From positions 1,856,001 to 1,920,000 of the forward strand of contig OZ240211.1 in assembly GCA_965197525.1 (NCBI GenBank): a stretch of 64,000 nucleotides of DNA, read 5' to 3'. Shown here piece by piece: positions 62,058 through 64,000 of this stretch (positions are counted from its first letter, which is position 1; each line of letters opens with the position of its first letter). Source of the DNA: Nitrosopumilus sp. Its GTDB lineage: Archaea > Thermoproteota > Nitrososphaeria > Nitrososphaerales > Nitrosopumilaceae. Position numbers and translations under genes: made by a program. Under the pieces are notes generated by a model. The model saw only the letters and a program-made list of their open reading frames with translations, searched no databases and was not told where the DNA came from.

Positions 62058-64000
62058 ATGGTGTATAAAAAGTGGGCTATTTTTACGGTCTCATGCGTTT
62101 TATTTCTCGTTTCATCTTCTGTCACTGTGTCCGCATCTGCCACTACTTATTCTACAACAGGCGCGTTTATTACCACATGGGAGACTACCTCTCCAAACGA
62201 GTCGATAACTATCCCTGTGGGTGGGTTCAGCGGCAATTATACCGTAAACTGGGGCGACGACAGCACAGATACAAACGTCTCGGGGGATCGGACGCATCTA
62301 TATTCCGCACTTGGCAACCACACTGTCATCATATCGGGCAATTTTTCCAAGATATATCTGGGTGGTGATCAGAACAATGCTGCCAAGCTGAGGTCTATCG
62401 ACCAGTGGGGCTCTGCTCAGTGGACCTCTATGGAAGGTGCATTCAAGGGAGCATCCAACATGGTTTATCGCGCAATTGATTCCCCAGACCTTTTGCGCGT
62501 CACCAACACGGCCTCCATGTTCCACGACGCTGTTATCTTCAACGGTAACCTCTCCGGCTGGGATGTCTCACATGTCACCTACATGTCTAACATGTTCAAA
62601 AATGCCGACTCCTTCAACGGTAACCTCTCCGGCTGGGATGTCTCACATGTCACCGACATGTCTGACATGTTTCTCAGTGCCGACTCTTTTGCCGGCAACC
62701 TCTCCGGCTGGGATGTCTCATCTGTAACCGACATGTCCCGTATGTTTTGGTTTGCAACCAACTTTAACAGTGACCTCTCCGGCTGGGATGTCCAATCGGT
62801 GGAAAACATGGGTGAGATGTTTGCTTTTGCATTTGTCTTTACTAGCGACCTCTCCGGCTGGGATGTCTCACGCGTCACCGACATGCGTTATATGTTCCAA
62901 CACGCATTTGTCTTTACTAGCGACCTCTCCGGCTGGGATGTCTCACGCGTCACCGACATGCGTTATATGTTTAATGACGTCGCCAACTTTACTAGCGACC
63001 TCTCCGGCTGGGATGTCTCACGCGTCACCAACATGCGTTCTATGTTTCATGGCGCCGACTTCTTTAACAGCGACATCTCCAACTGGAACATTACTAGTGT
63101 TACAGACATAACAGGCATATTTAGCAGTAACTCTGCTTTTGTTCAGAACCTTGGCAAGTGGTATATCGTGTTAGACGATGCTACTATTGATATGGACGAT
63201 ATTCCTAGGAGGGCATATATATTTCCACAGACTGAGGCGCTTACAGGCGGCGAGCGCCCTAGTTACAAAATGGGATCCGGAGACGACTCGGGCTCGTTTC
63301 GTATTATTGCCCGCAACCAACTGTGGATGAATTTGACCCCTGATAGAGACTTGTACACTGTCCACATTACTTATGGCGGATCGCTTGGCACCAACAACCA
63401 TCGTGTATATAACATAACGGTGACCAACGTAGACCCTGATTCTGCAACCGCTCCAATTGTCACATCGATCACAAGAAGCAGTCCCTCAGATGCAACAACT
63501 AGTAAGCAGGCACTAGTCTTCAAGGTCACGTTCAGTGAGAATGTCATCGGTGTGGACGCCAATGATTTTGTACTCTCTTCAGAGAGCACTGGAGCAGGTA
63601 GCGTGGTAAGCCTGAAAGGCTCTGGTAGCGTGTACTATGTGACAGTTTATGCCACGCAGAGAGGGACATACAACCTTGATCTTGTCTCATCTGGCCACGG
63701 CATAACAGATACTGCAGACAATCCCCTAACCAACACCGTCCCCGCCACCGGAACAGACCACACATATACTGCCAACATTGCAGCTGCAGACACTGCTGCC
63801 CCCACACTTGCATCAATCCAGAGAAGTAATCCTGCCGTCGCAAATACCAACAGCCAGACCCTGATATACGAAGTGACCTTCAGTGAGGATGTGAAAGGAG
63901 TGGATGCATCTGACTTTGTTCTGTCTTCTGATAGCACGGGTACTGCTGCTAATTCTGTAACCTCCATATCTGGTTCTGGCAGCCAGTACTTTGTGACAGT
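62058..64000 (+). CDS. Second DUF285/BspA surface protein (3'-truncated by window; absent from the ORF track)
   Basis: ATG 62058: signal peptide MVYKKWAIFTVSCVLFLVSS, FITTWETT-PKD cap, 8 DUF285 repeats, FVQNLGKW cap, then Ig-like repeats; frame open to 64000. Confidence 0.9.
   Translation, partial: MVYKKWAIFTVSCVLFLVSSSVTVSASATTYSTTGAFITTWETTSPNESITIPVGGFSGNYTVNWGDDSTDTNVSGDRTHLYSALGNHTVIISGNFSKIYLGGDQNNAAKLRSIDQWGSAQWTSMEGAFKGASNMVYRAIDSPDLLRVTNTASMFHDAVIFNGNLSGWDVSHVTYMSNMFKNADSFNGNLSGWDVSHVTDMSDMFLSADSFAGNLSGWDVSSVTDMSRMFWFATNFNSDLSGWDVQSVENMGEMFAFAFVFTSDLSGWDVSRVTDMRYMFQHAFVFTSDLSGWDVSRVTDMRYMFNDVANFTSDLSGWDVSRVTNMRSMFHGADFFNSDISNWNITSVTDITGIFSSNSAFVQNLGKWYIVLDDATIDMDDIPRRAYIFPQTEALTGGERPSYKMGSGDDSGSFRIIARNQLWMNLTPDRDLYTVHITYGGSLGTNNHRVYNITVTNVDPDSATAPIVTSITRSSPSDATTSKQALVFKVTFSENVIGVDANDFVLSSESTGAGSVVSLKGSGSVYYVTVYATQRGTYNLDLVSSGHGITDTADNPLTNTVPATGTDHTYTANIAAADTAAPTLASIQRSNPAVANTNSQTLIYEVTFSEDVKGVDASDFVLSSDSTGTAANSVTSISGSGSQYFVT
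62535..63160 (+). repeat. DUF285 cassette 4: eight 75-bp repeats
   Basis: CTCTCCGGCTGGGATGTC is invariant in 7 units; units 5-7 are near-identical. Confidence 0.9.

Noticed and set aside
62535-63160. CRISPR-like constant/variable 75-bp periodicity, or a DGR target
   Set aside because: In-frame coding repeats; no reverse transcriptase or template repeat in the window, and differences are not confined to adenines.

Overview
Archaeal window from an ammonia-oxidising Nitrosopumilaceae (Nitrososphaerota/Thaumarchaeota) genome, probably host-associated (inferred from giant DUF285 adhesins and gene erosion). The backbone is housekeeping: nuoMLN, polyprenyl synthase, pyrE, ABCE1, an unlinked 5S rRNA, pepA, the tkt-rpe/tkt/tal operon, DpsL, ileS, folate/purine genes, glycerate kinase, a 3HP/4HB-cycle Fe-ADH and an LLM oxidoreductase, plus three tRNA genes. 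Accessory DNA comprises two modular DUF285/BspA surface-protein genes (10.4 kb with a G12 tract at its start, and a second cut by the window end), a TA-rich islet after tRNA-Ile2, a Fic/GNAT islet, a paired ATPase locus behind six tandem 16-bp palindromes, a nested IS5-family element and several transposase relics. The most unusual signals are: four DUF285 cassettes showing all four combinations of two N-cap and two C-cap types (recombinational shuffling); a serine-type class II tRNA with an Arg (TCT) anticodon; and the palindrome array in front of the ATPase pair. All family calls are from motif recognition by eye, with no database searches run.
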